Assembly (NCBI RefSeq): GCF_009914755.1
Contig: NC_060930.1
DNA length: 64,000 bases
Origin: the human T2T-CHM13v2.0 reference genome, Homo sapiens
Direction: 5' to 3' (one strand)
A program made the position numbers and the translations under genes. Each line of letters starts with the position of its first letter. Positions within the stretch are counted from its first letter, which is position 1. The notes below the pieces were generated by a model. That model was not told the DNA's origin. It did not search any database and saw only the letters and a program-made list of their open reading frames with translations. Below, piece by piece: positions 14,765-27,912 of this stretch.

Positions 14765-15257
14765 GCTGCAGCCACTTCAGGAATCCATCCAACAGCCATC
14801 CCTCCTTCTCTCTTGCTGACACAGAGCTATCCCCCATCCCAGAGAATGACTCATGATTGGCCTGAGCCTGTCAAGGCCATTCATTTTTCTTCGCTAGTGA
14901 TGATTTGGGAGTAGACATATGACCCAGGTCAGGTCAACAAGCCAGATAAAAGGATAAGTCAGCTAGGGGTTCTCTGCCAAAGGAGAGCTGCCGAGGAGCA
15001 GCCTTTTGTTCCCTGCTCTCCCTCCCTTCTGTGGGTGCTGTTTTGTACTATAATGATACCTGGGGCCATGGCAGGCATTTTTGGACCGTGAAGGGGAGGC
15101 CAAGAGAATCATGGACAAACCAGCTAGAGTTCTGATGTTATTGAGCTTGGAACCAACTGGAGAGCCATGTGTCTTCAGCCTGTCTGCTAAGTGAGATCAG
15201 ATGCATCTGGACTGTTAGTATTTTCTTACCTGTAGCCAGACATATCTGAACGGATAA
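14765..15257 (+). mobile_element. ERVL LTR33-like solo LTR
   Basis: tcatgattggcctgagcc, catatgacccagg, gaggccaagagaatcatg, ttacctgtagccagacat. Confidence 0.65.
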
Positions 15258-15430
15258 AATGATTCTCAGGAATGTGAAAAGGGAGGAGGAACACGTGATT
15301 GTGCTGGTGCCAGTAGATGAAGAGAGAAGATGAAGAGTTTTGCCTGGGCTGTGCTTTCTTGCTTTCCTAGGTTGTCTTCAGAGTCTCTCTCACCAGCTGG
15401 AGCCTGACATTCCCAAAGATAGGCAGGGTA

Positions 15431-15747
15431 CAGTCATCCCTCAGTGTCTGTGAGGAATTGGTTCCAGGACCCCCCACTGTGGATACCAAAATCCTCAGAT
15501 GGATGTTCAAGTCTGTGATATACAATGGCATCGTATTTCCATAAATCCACACAATCCTTCTGTATACTTTGTCATCTCTAGATTACTTATGCTACTTAAT
15601 ACAGTGCAGATGCTATGTAAAGTCATTATACTCTATTTTTATATGTATCATTTTTATTTTTCTATTGTGGTTTTTTGAAAAAATATTTTCTTTCCATGGC
15701 AGGTTGAATCCTGGGATGTGAAACCCACGGATATGGAGGGCCAACTG
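15431..15747 (+). mobile_element. MER2/MER2B MITE
   Basis: TA-cagtcatccctc...attggttccaggacccc...ggatatggagggccaactg-TA terminal inverted repeats. Confidence 0.88.
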
Positions 15748-16038
15748 TACTTAGTACTGTTCTTTTCAACACAGCAGCAGAAAGTATCTTGAACTGACTT
15801 ACACTCCAAAGCAGAATTTATACTAAGTCTCAAGGAATATCTTCTAGAAGCCAAGTGTAGGAAGCTGGGGCTCAGGAAGGGATAGAGTCTGGGACTGTCC
15901 AGCCCACCAGGAACTATTTCCTGTCACTCATCCCTGGTGAAAATGGGCTTTCTCCCTTTCTCAGGCCATGCGACAGGAAGATGCCTGGCCAGCTGCACCT
16001 CTGGTTCAGGAGACTGACTCAAAATGTTATTTGGTTCT

Positions 16039-16400
16039 TGTATTAGTCCATTTTCATGCTTCTGATAAAGATATACCCAAGACAGGGTAATTTATAAAGA
16101 AAAAGAGATTTAATGAACTCACAGTTCCACATGGATGGGGAGGCCTCACAATCATGGCGGAAGGTGAAAGGCACATCTTACGTGGTGGCAGGCAAGAGAG
16201 AATGAGATCTAAGCAAAAGGGGAAACCCCTTATAAAACCATCAGACCTTGTGAGACTTATTCACTACCATGGGAACAGTATGGGGGAAACAGCCCTCATG
16301 ATTAAATTACCTCCCACCAGGTCCCTCCCACAACACATGGGAATTATGGAAGCTACAATTCAAGGTGAGATTTGGGTGGGGACACAGCCCAACCATATCA
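16039..16400 (-). mobile_element. THE1B-like solo LTR
   Basis: tgtattagtccattttcatgc...ggacacagcccaaccatatca; perfect TSD GTTCT. Confidence 0.93.
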
Positions 16401-17121
16401 GTTCTAACCCCACATTCTTGGACAGACCATCTAGCCTGGCTAAATTTGCTCTCTAGGATTGTGAAATTACAGTTTATAAGCCTGTCAGCTGTGTGTTGTG
16501 GGGGAGGAAAGGGAGGATCAAGAGGGGTCCTCATGAGCCTCCCAGACACCCCAGAGCCTGTCTGCTATTCTTATCAGCCATTTAGCTATTCTCTTCCAGT
16601 AATTTCTCCCACATAGTGGGATTCTTAATAAATAAGTAGCCCCATATGACAAATAATGTTAATAATATTAATAGTCAAGTCACTACTTGATTATCAAAGG
16701 ACTTTGACACAAAAATTGTATATCCATATTTTAGGACATGTGCTTTGAATTGTAACACATATTACACTAACATTGTAAGAGGAGTTTGCTCTGCCTCCCA
16801 CCCCACTGACATACACAGGAAGGACTAGACTGAGTAATCTGATATTATCTTTGCCATTTTCGTGATGTATTTTCTTGTTAGAGCACATTCATTGAAGGAA
16901 ATAATATAACCCAGCAGATACTTGCAACAGTTCTTTCTAAAAACAAAATATATTGCAGAAAAATAAGTTTTTGCTCATCATAACTGACTCTATTATGCCT
17001 GATGTATCTGAAAAAACTTAAGATTTCAAAGAGCCATTACATTTAAGTAAGACTGAGCACATTAGAGAAATGAAGAATTGGTAAGTGGTAGATGGTAGTT
17101 AGAATGTTTCAATTAGACTGA

Positions 17122-17485
<364 letters not shown>

Positions 17486-17747
17486 TGAAATCAATGGAGA
17501 GTAAATAATCTAGAAACCCCAGTTAGGCTTGTAACTAACTTAACAGTGGAGTGTGCTCAGAAGGCCGAGCCCAGCTGAGGGTCCTGATTAGGGCATGCTC
17601 GCTTCCCCCACCCCACCCCCATCCCTAGCCCACCCCCCAGGGGATGTGGCAGTGCCCCAAAGAACACAGGCCACAGGAAGCAAGGCTCAGCCACCTGGAG
17701 TGTGCGTTTTGCTCCTCCAGAATTAAAATAATTAAAAACGTTACGTT

Positions 17748-17998
17748 TCATAGTTTAGCTTCCACTTATGAGTGAGAACATGTGATGTTTGGTTTTCCAT
17801 TCCTGAGTTACTTCACTTAGAATAATAGTCTCCTATCCCATCCAGGTTGCTGAGAATGCCATTAATCCATTCCTTTTTATGGCTGAGTAGTATTCCATCA
17901 TATGTATATACCACAGTTTCTTTATCCACTCGTTGATTGATGGGCATTTGGGCTGGTTCCACATTTTTGCAATTGTGAATTGTGCTGCTATAAACATG
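17748..17998 (-). mobile_element. L1PB1-like, inverted 5' segment (end of ORF2)
   Basis: Minus-strand ORF 17833..18111 MFIAAQFTIAKMWNQPKCPSINEWIKKLWY is the L1 ORF2 C-terminus. Confidence 0.9.
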
Positions 17999-18195
17999 AT
18001 ACAATGGACTTTTGGGACTTGGGGGAAAGGGTGGGAAGTGGGTGAGGGATAAAAGACTACAAATTGGGTTCGGTGTATACTGCTCAGATGATAGGTGTAC
18101 CAACATCTCACAAATCACCACTAAACAACTTACTCATGTGACCAAACACTACCTGTTTCCCAAAAACCTATGGAAATAAAAAATTAAAAAAAAAA
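17996..18195 (+). mobile_element. L1PB1-like 3'UTR and poly-A (non-inverted segment)
   Basis: atgatacaatggactttgggg...cccaaaaacctatggaaataaa. Confidence 0.9.
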
Positions 18196-18930
18196 CTATT
18201 AAAAAACTAAAACATGGTTAGATTATGGAGAGAATGCAAGAAGTGCTTGAGTTTTTAAAATTAAAACAAACAATAAAATAAAAACTGCCTGTTTAGGGCA
18301 ATCCTTCTGTAGCTCAGCGCCCAGAACTCAGGGTAGAAGCAGGCGTGACACTTGAAAAGACTGGGCGAAACAGGTGCCTTTTGTTCCAGACCAGTTAGTC
18401 GATTGGTGTGGTTTGTATGTGGGGTTCCTGGAGGGTTTACATGAATCCTGGTGATTATCCGCATACATATCCCAGGCCTGAGAAGGGCCCAGGGTCTCCC
18501 AGGGATAATGGAATCAGTCTGCTCATATTTAGTGCTTCATGTGGACATGGTGTTTCCACTGTTTGGGTATTTAGTCGTCATGGTAAATGCTGCCACTTCC
18601 ATTTCTGATGCTTTCGTAATGTTAGGATCACTCAGTATTAGTGCCAGGAGGGACTCATGTTTCATTTAGTCTAACTCTCATGCTACCAAATAAAGTCAAC
18701 ACTGGCACTGGAAGAAGTCATATTATTAGGTGAGCTTCTGAAATTACTGAAGTTATTAAGTCAGTCAATTGTTTATTAAAAGAATTGGCTAGGAGTCTGG
18801 TTTTTCTAACTTGGAGTTGCAATTCTTTTGAGAAAATAAAAGTATAGATATAAGGATATATTAAGATTCCTAAACAGCATTACCTAATCCAGCTTTCCTC
18901 AGTGCCACCCTTAATACCTGCAGCCTTATC

Positions 18931-19124
18931 CCCAGTCAGCAAACTACAGCCCCACTCATAGCCTATGTTTAGATAGCTCACAAACTAAGCCCTTTTAGAG
19001 GGTCGTTAAAAGAAAACACATACACCACAAAAGCAAAGATGACTCTGTGGCAAAGACTCTCTCTGGCCTTCAAACCTAAAGTATTTACTATCTGGTTCTT
19101 TAGAGAAAGAGTTTGCTGGCCCCT
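18931..19124 (+). mobile_element. MER58-like hAT-Charlie MITE
   Basis: gtcagcaaactacagccc...aaagtatttactatctgg...gtttgctggcccct. Confidence 0.7.
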
Positions 19125-19131
19125 AAGGCAT

Positions 19132-19645
19132 TGTGGCAAACTGTGGTAACTCCGCATCCAGTCCCACCCTTGCTAAAAGAACCCCACTTTGGTTCCAGGC
19201 CACAGGGTGCCTAGCTGCAGACAGTGGGTCAGAACCAGTCATGACAATCCCGTTCATGCTTCTCAGCTTGTTTGCTGTTAAGGGTAGCCATGCAATGTAG
19301 TTCTGACCTATGACACCTAAGCGGAAGTCTTCTGATTGATGGGGCAGGGAGTTGAGGGAGGGTATAGGAAAAGCTTTTGCTTTCTATTGTATTTATTTGA
19401 CAGTGCTGGCCTTACTTCTTTGAGTGTGATATGATGGGTGGAGTTGCAGCAGCTCTCTTGTTGACATGAGAAAATGGCCAAAAGGATCACAGTGTCATTG
19501 GCCCTTACATTCCTGAACCAGTGCCAGCAACCCCCATCTCAAGATGTCTTGCTATGTGTGAGAAAATTAAACTCCTGTTTTCTTAAGACACTGTAATTGT
19601 TTTAGCTGTTAAAACAATTATAGTCTAATATTTTCTTACTGCTAG
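19132..19645 (+). mobile_element. ERVL LTR33-like solo LTR
   Basis: cttgctaaaagaacccc, gttctgacctatgaca, ggagttgcagcagct, ggccaaaaggatcacag. Confidence 0.6.
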
Positions 19646-19837
19646 AGGCACCGTTAAACCTCAAAAATCCCAATTGCTTTCCTTTTTTTTTTCAAGGAAA
19701 TAATTTTGGGTCCACCAAGAGTTTACTGGACATTTTCTGATCTATGTTTTTGTAAATAATTGCCCCCATCCCCTCATTATGTAGTAGAACACTGATTTAG
19801 CCTTTGTAACTAGTGTGATTTTTATGCCATTTAGATC

Positions 19838-20200
19838 AGCTGTATAGTCTTGAAACATTACTTACCCTTTCAGTTTTCAGATTTCTAAAATGGAAATAAT
19901 ATTGGTACCTACCTTGTAAGGTCCTTTTGAATATTAAAAAGAACCAATGCCTTAAAATAAAAAATTAAGGCATTGGCTAATTGTGGTGGCTCTTCTCTGT
20001 AATCTCAGCACTTTGGAAGGCCAAGACGGCAGGGTCGCTTGAAGCCAGGAGCTCAAGACCAACCTGGGCAACATAACGAGACACTGTTTCTATGAAAAAA
20101 AAAAAAAAAAAAAAAAAAAAGAAAGAAAGAAAAGAAGTGAAGCCATATGAAGTACTTAGCATACTGCCTGGCACATAAATAGCACTCAAAAATATTTGCT
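19838..20200 (+). mobile_element. MIR interrupted by a FLAM
   Basis: aaaatggaaataatattggtacctacc before; gtacttagcatactgcctggcacata...ctcaaaaatat after. Confidence 0.7.
19975..20136 (+). mobile_element. FLAM_C / AluJ monomer with long A tail
   Basis: gtggtggctc...tcgcttgaagccaggagctcaagacc...gagacactgtttcta(A)n. Confidence 0.88.
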
Positions 20201-22129
20201 GTTGTTGCTGTGTTGCTGTTGCTTTGTTGTTATTCTATTCCTCTTCTTCTTCCTCCTCTTCTTTCTTTCTCTAGGTCTTTACCAAAGGAAAAAGTACTTT
20301 AGGTCATATGGGAAACCCATCCCTTTGCTAATGGCATGAAGGCAATGGCCTTAGAACTACTCAGAAAATATTTACCTAAAGAGGAGAAGCTTTAAGTTTG
20401 ATGTTGGAAATAACCTGAAGAGCTCTCATTCCTGGGTGGAATTTTCATTTGAATATTTATATGGACAGATTTGGAGTACAGAAGACAGCAGAGGAAGCAC
20501 TTTTTTTTCTCTTTCCGTGTGTCAAAAGTTACCTGGTAAACTGATTACAAATATTTAAGAGAGCACCTCCTGACCAACTGAAGGCCCTTGCTTAGGTTTA
20601 CCACTCAGTGATGGCTTTAGAGGACCGGGGTGGTGTGGCACCTGAGAGATAAACATTTTTGTGTAGGAATTTTTATCATACTAATTTGTATTTCTCATAA
20701 AGAACCCTTGGGGGTTTGACAGGAAAGTGAATCTATTTAGTAAAATTAGGAACTGGGAAAAAATAGTGTCTCTTTTTTTAAATGCTTCAAAAGAAGGAAT
20801 ATTTCTATTGCAATAAATTATTTTTTGATTGCCTCTGTACCTCTTCCTGCTCCACATTCCCATTCTGAATGGCATCATTACACACTGCCCGGTGTGAATA
20901 TTAATGCGAGTCAGGAGAAGTCTACCAGCCACACACAATGCATTCAAATGTTGGCTTTACATAATCATCCTTCCTTTTCCCTGTGTTTTTTATGATGCCC
21001 AGTCTAGATTTTTGCAGTGCTCTCTAGTAAATCTGCAGTGAAAATTTCTCTGTATCTGGATGACAGCCTAAAGCATTGCTCGCCGTATACCTGGATAAAT
21101 TTGTCTCAAAAAAAAGGAAGCCAGTGGCAAAAATGAAACTTTATTAGAGTTTTAAAAATACTATTTACAGTCCATGGATGTTTTACTTCTTCTTTGAACA
21201 GATGTTTCCTGCCAGTCAATTATTGTTCCACATCTTTGTGTGTGAAAGGGTTAATAATAAAGGCTGTTGTATTCCCCTGCCCAGGATTTGTTCAAAATAC
21301 TTATCGACTACTGAATGAAAGGCCTGGTAAATATTTTCAGCCTATGAAAACATATAGTTCCTCATGAATGAAAATATTATATTTGTGGTCCAACAGATAT
21401 TGCTGGTAGGTTTGCTTGTTTGTTTTCCCTAATGTTGATGAAGTTTCTGTAATCCAGTCACAGGCTCTTGGTAAGGACCCAAATAGACAGGGGACAAGAG
21501 AACTTCTAGTTCCTTTAAGCAACTTGAGATAAATGAATTACAATCTAATATACTAAAGAAATTGAAAACTCTATTTCTAGATCATTATTGTTCATTTTTA
21601 AAGGATCTGTGGTTAACATAAAAGATAATTTTTTAATTTCTATGGTTTGGCAAATGTACTCCTGATTTTCAAAAATGATAAACTTTATGCCTATTCCAAC
21701 CTAGTATAAGACAGACTCTTAAACGTATTTTGAGAATGAAAGAAATGAAAAAGCAACAGATCACCAGGAGCCACATGGATCTCCTAAGATTATTCGCTTT
21801 GATGATGGGATTACTGGAGTGATAGGGAGGGAAAGGTCAGGACAGTCTATCTGAATCTCAAAGGCATTTATCAGAGGTTATCTTGATATTCTCATAGAAA
21901 ATAGAGAAATTTGGCCTAAATCAATGCTTTTCAACAATCCGTTGAACAGAAAGGATTTTTTTTCAAACAAAAGATTATGAGGAAATATGATACCCATCCT
22001 CCCCTCCAAAAAAGGAAGAAAAAGATCTGGCCATGGGAATAGGGGAGAGGCCACCTCACTCTGCTGGCCCATGGATCTCATCATTCTCTGTGGAGAACAG
22101 AGAGCAAATCACTGGTCTATGTGATGACA

Positions 22130-22985
<856 letters not shown>

Positions 22986-23240
22986 TTACTCTGTCAGACA
23001 TAGTGCTTTTTCTTTCATTTTACATGGACTGTTATCCCTAGATAACATGTCCTGACCATGTGGTTTCTTCTTGTGGGGCTGTGTCAAGAATATCCTGTTG
23101 TAGCACCTCTTCCTTCCAGCTTCGAGTGGATAAGGGAAGGTGTGATGACTACCCTTTGAACCTTCAGCAGTTATGTGCTCTGGAGGATCCAAGTCTAACA
23201 CTGACCCATTAAAGAGTTTTCGAAGAGTCACGACCCATAG

Positions 23241-23570
<330 letters not shown>

Positions 23571-23677
23571 TAATTCTAGTTTTTCATCTATTCATGAAAA
23601 AGAATGGATCAAAGGGTCATGGGTGATTTGTACTACAGGATTGATGTGAGAGAGACTTGTGACAAGACTGTGGTGTT

Positions 23678-24054
23678 TGTCAGGCCTCTGAGTCCAAGCC
23701 TGCACGTATTTGTCCAGACGGCCTGAAGCAAGTGAAGAATCACAAAATAAGTGAAAATGGCCGGTTCCTGCCTTAACTGATGACATTACCTAGTGGAATT
23801 CCTTCTCCTGGCTCATCCTGACTCAAAAGCTCCCCCACTGAGTATCTTGTGACCCCCACCCCTGCCAGCCAGAGAGCAACCCCCTTTGACTGTAATTTTC
23901 CATTACCCACCCAAATCCTATAAAACAGCCCCACCCCTATCTCCCTTTGCTGACCCTCTTTTCTGACTCAGCCCGCCTGCACCCAGGTGATTAAAAAGCT
24001 TTATTGCTCACACAAAGCCTGTTTGGTGGTCTCTTCACACAGAAGCACATGAAA
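23678..24054 (+). mobile_element. LTR7 (HERV-H 5' LTR, type I-like)
   Basis: tgtcaggcctctgag...ttcctgccttaactgatgacatt...gcctgtttggtggtctcttcacac...catgaaa; TATA at 23919-23925, ATTAAA at 23990-23995. Confidence 0.95.
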
Positions 24055-24338
24055 TTTGATGCCAAAACCCATGAAATTTGGTGCTGCCACACTTCAATCT
24101 CTCCCTTCTCTTAATTTCAATTCCTTTCCTTTTCTGGTAGAGACAGAGGAGATGCGTTTTATCCATAAACCCAAAACTCCAGCGCCAGTGATGGACTCGG
24201 GAAGACAGTCTTCCTTTGGTGTTTAATCACTGCGGGGATGCCTGCTTGATTATTCACCCATGTTTCAGAGGTGTCTGATCACCGCGGGGACACCTGCCTT
24301 GATCCTTCACCCTTAGTGGCAAGCACCACTTTGTGGGG
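24055..24338 (+). mobile_element. HERV-H 5' leader, partly deleted
   Basis: gccacacttcaatctctcccttctcttaatttcaattcc...cccaaaactcc...ccttcacccttagtggcaag. Confidence 0.9.
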
Positions 24339-25985
24339 GTGGTATGGAGAGATAATGGGCGATGTTTCTCAGGGCTGCTTCAAGCGGGATTAGGGGCAGC
24401 ATGGGAACCTAGAGTGGGAGAGATTAAGCTGAAGGAAGATTTTGTGGTAAGGGGTGATATTGTGGGGTTGTTAGAAGGAGAATTTGTCATATAGAATGAT
24501 TGGTGATGGCCTGGATACGGTTTTGGATGAATTGAGAAACTAAACGGAAGACACAAGGTCCGAATAAGAGAAGGCGAAAAACAGGTATTAAAGGACTAAG
24601 AATTGGGAGGACCCAGGACATCCAATTAGAGAGTGCCCAAGGGGGTTCAGCATAATTACTTGCTTGATTGGTGAGTTTTTGGGCTCTATCCTTGACAGAG
24701 TCCTCCTTTTTAAGTTGGAGGCTGAGCTTGGTGAGGTGTGTTTTTGAAAGACTGTTAGTTCGTTCCACCTTTCCTGAAGATTGATGCCGGTAAGAGGTAT
24801 GAAGGTTTCACTGAATACCAAGAGCCTGAGAAACTGCTTGGGTGATTTGACTAGTAAAGGCCAGTCTGTTATGGAACTGTATAGAGGTGGGAAGGCCAAA
24901 CCGAGGAATTATATCTGACAGAAGGGAAGAAATGACCGCGGTGAACTTCTCAGACCCTGTGGGAAACGCCTCTACCCACCCAGTGAAAGTGTCTACCCAG
25001 ACCAAGAGGTATTTTAGTTTCCTGACTCAGGGCATGTGAGTAAAGTCAATTTGCCAGTCCTGGGCAGGGGCAAATCCCCAAGCTTGATGTGTAGGGAAGG
25101 GAGGGGGCCTGAACGATCCCTGAAGAGTAGTGGAATAGCAGATGGAACACTGAGAAGTGATTTCCTTGAGGATAGATTTCCATGATGGAAAGGAAATAAG
25201 AGGTTCTAAGAGGTGGGCTAGTGGCTTGTAACCTACAAGGAAGAGGTTATGAAATGATGACAGAATAGAATGGGGCTATGAGGATGGGAAGAGATATTTT
25301 CCTTGGTCCAAGAACAATTTGCCTTGTGTGGGAAGAGATTGATAGGTGGAAGTTTCAGTGGGGGAGTAGGTGGGAGTGACCGATGAGAAGGAGAAAAACT
25401 TGCCATGAGGGATAGAAGTTGGAATGCTACCTGCTTTTTTAGCTACCTTATCAGCATAAGAGCTGCCCTGAGCGATGGGATCTGATGCCTTTTGATGGCC
25501 CTTGCAGTGAATGACTCCAGTTTCCTTTGGAAGTAAAGCGGCCTTGAGAAGAGTTTTTATTAAAGAGGAATTAATGATGGAGGACCCTTGCATAGTGAGG
25601 AAACCTCTTCTTGCCCAAATAACAGCATGGTGGTGCAGGATATGGAAGGCATATTTAGAGTCAGTATAAATATTGACGCATAGTCCTTTTGCAAGAGTGA
25701 GGGCTCGAGTTAAGGCAATGAGTTCGGCTTGCTGAGAGGTAGTGGAGAGGGGCAGAAAGTATATGAGTCAGGTGTGAGGAAGAAAATAGATTTTGGAAGT
25801 TATGAGAACTGTAGAGAGTGAGTTGAGCACAGTTTGTGATTTTGAGGGCCTCTAAAAGTATTAAGGCAGTGGGAGCCGCCGCATGCAGACATGAGGGCTA
25901 GGCTAAAACAGTAATCTCAAGTTTTTTGGATAAAAAGGCCACAGGGCGTGGTCCCAGTCCTTGGGTAAGAATTTCGACCACACAG
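24330..25985 (-). pseudogene. HERV-H internal segment, inverted relative to its LTR: RT connection/RNase H, integrase and env TM remnant (defective)
   Basis: Minus ORFs: 25276..25593 VIHCKGHQKASDPIAQG (RNase H); 24808..25005 VWVDTFTGWVEAFP (integrase core); 24487..24768 ERTNSLSKTHLTKL fused to WMSWVLPILSPLIP...FGPC (IN-env TM deletion junction). Confidence 0.93.
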
Positions 25986-27105
25986 TATTGACTGCTTCTA
26001 GCCTACTGAGTCATAAATTTAAAAGTTTATGTAAATGTCTAATGTTCTTCTTAAAATAATAATAAGCCTTAAAAATAATATTATTTTTCCATGGCAGTTG
26101 TTAGATTAGTACTACTTATAACTTAAATTTTAACAGGCTATTAGGGCAGAATTTCTACATAAAAATTTGAATTCAAACATCTTAAAATTAATGTAAGTCC
26201 TTCTTTCCCACTCTCCTTTCCACAGTCATGCCTTTGCACCTTCTTAACCTCCTTCCTTTCTTCCTTCCTTATTAAGCACCTTTGATGCCACAGGTGCTGT
26301 AGAACAAAAATAGAGTAAAACTTGGTCAGTCAGTGTTAAGATGTAACCCTTGAATGAAGAGGTAAACTGAATCAAATGACAGAAATACAGGCACTTTCAG
26401 TTTTTTGGATGCCTTCTTAAGGGGAAACATTGAAAAAATAGACCACGTTATTCATTGGCAAAGGCGTGATGAATTTTGTTCTCAAATACACCAAATACAG
26501 CATTCCAGAAGCAAAGTGCCCAGATCTTTTGTCTTTAAACTGTAGTAATTACTTTAGATAATCTTTCACCAGAATTACAAGCCACGTGCTTTGAAAAGAT
26601 GAAAAATTCCAGCGGGCACCGCCTGCCATGTCTTCTGTTTGTGAAGTTTCCTGACCCGAGGGCTCTTTTGGGCTGCGGTTTCTTATTCCTTCTGTCGCCA
26701 GCGGGGGAAATAGCCAATGACATTATTAGCTTTGCTGATTGTTGAATAATTGGGAATGACTAGGGACATCTTCTGCTCACACTAGCACAGTCTAGCATTT
26801 TACGGAGATAGCCTGAGGGAGGAAGCTTATACCACCATAGGCTGACAAGGGCTATTTTTCCAAATAAAGGAAAGTACTGGTATTAGCGTGGAAGTAATTT
26901 CCTCTGGAGACCAACATACAACATACAACAGCTTCCATGCAAAGTATTGAACCCAATCTGGTAATTTGTATATACTTTTAAAATTTCAGATAATGCTTTT
27001 TTTTTTTTTTTTACAGCCATGGAGCAAGCTATGATGCCTATTCTCCTTCCTCTTCTTTTCCTTCATCTTGCATTTTGTGTGTGTGTGTTCAAAGGAGTGT
27101 ATTCA

Positions 27106-27912
27106 TTTTTTCCTTTGTTTTACTGAGATAGAATTCACATACCATACAATTCACCTGTTTTAAAGTATGTACTTTAATGGTTTTACTATATCCACAGAGT
27201 TGCATAACCATCACCACAATCAATTTTAGAACATTTTATTCACCTCTATCCTTTAGCAGTCACTCTTCATTTTTCTCCAGCTTCATTCCCACCCCCAACC
27301 CCAACCCTCAGAAACTACTAATCTCCTTTCTGCTTCTATAAATTTGCCTACCATGGACATTTAATATAAATGAAATCGTACAATGGGTAGTCTTTTGTGT
27401 CTGCTTTATTTCACTTAGCATAATATGTTTAAGGTCTGTGTTAGTCCATTCTCACATAGCTAAAAAGAACTACCTGAGACTGGGTAACGTATAAAGAAAA
27501 GAGGTTTATTGACTCACAGTTCTGCAGGCTGTACAGGAAGTATAGCTGGGGAGGCCTTAGGAAACTTACAGTCATGGCAGAAGGTGAAGAGGAAGGAAGC
27601 CCCTCTTAGATGGCCAGAGCAGAAGGAAGAAAGGAGGGGGAGGTTGTACACACACTTTTAAACAACCAGATCTCATGAGAACTCACTCACTGTCACAAGA
27701 ATAGCAAGGGGGATATCTGACCCCATGATCCAATTATCTCCCATCAGGCCCCTCCTCCCTCCTCCAACACTGGGGATCACAATTTAACATGAGATTTGGG
27801 TGGGGAAAAAATTCAACCATAGCAAGATCTGTCCACATTGTGACACGTATCAGAAGTTTATTCCTTTTTACAGCAGAGTAATATTTCATTGTATGGATAT
27901 ACCACATTTTAG
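27106..27912 (-). mobile_element. L1MB-like 3' end, interrupted by MSTA
   Basis: gagatagaattcacataccatacaattcacc...tttcacttagcataat; resumes gtatggatataccacatttt. Confidence 0.85.
27437..27824 (-). mobile_element. MSTA solo LTR
   Basis: tgtgttagtccattctc...gttctgcaggctgtacaggaag...aaccatagca; TSD aggtc/agatc. Confidence 0.9.

Noticed and set aside
20240-20280. Strong-looking acceptor ttctttctctAG
   Set aside because: Derived from low-complexity sequence at a MIR tail, with no good donor nearby.
24487-24768. Integrase-env TM fusion ORF as a novel protein
   Set aside because: Matches the common pol/env deletion of defective HERV-H; no true start, and no promoter on that strand.
25985-25989. 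gtatt as right TSD of the HERV-H (left flank gtgtt, 23673-23677)
   Set aside because: Only a 4/5 match, and it follows internal sequence rather than a 3' LTR; probably chance.
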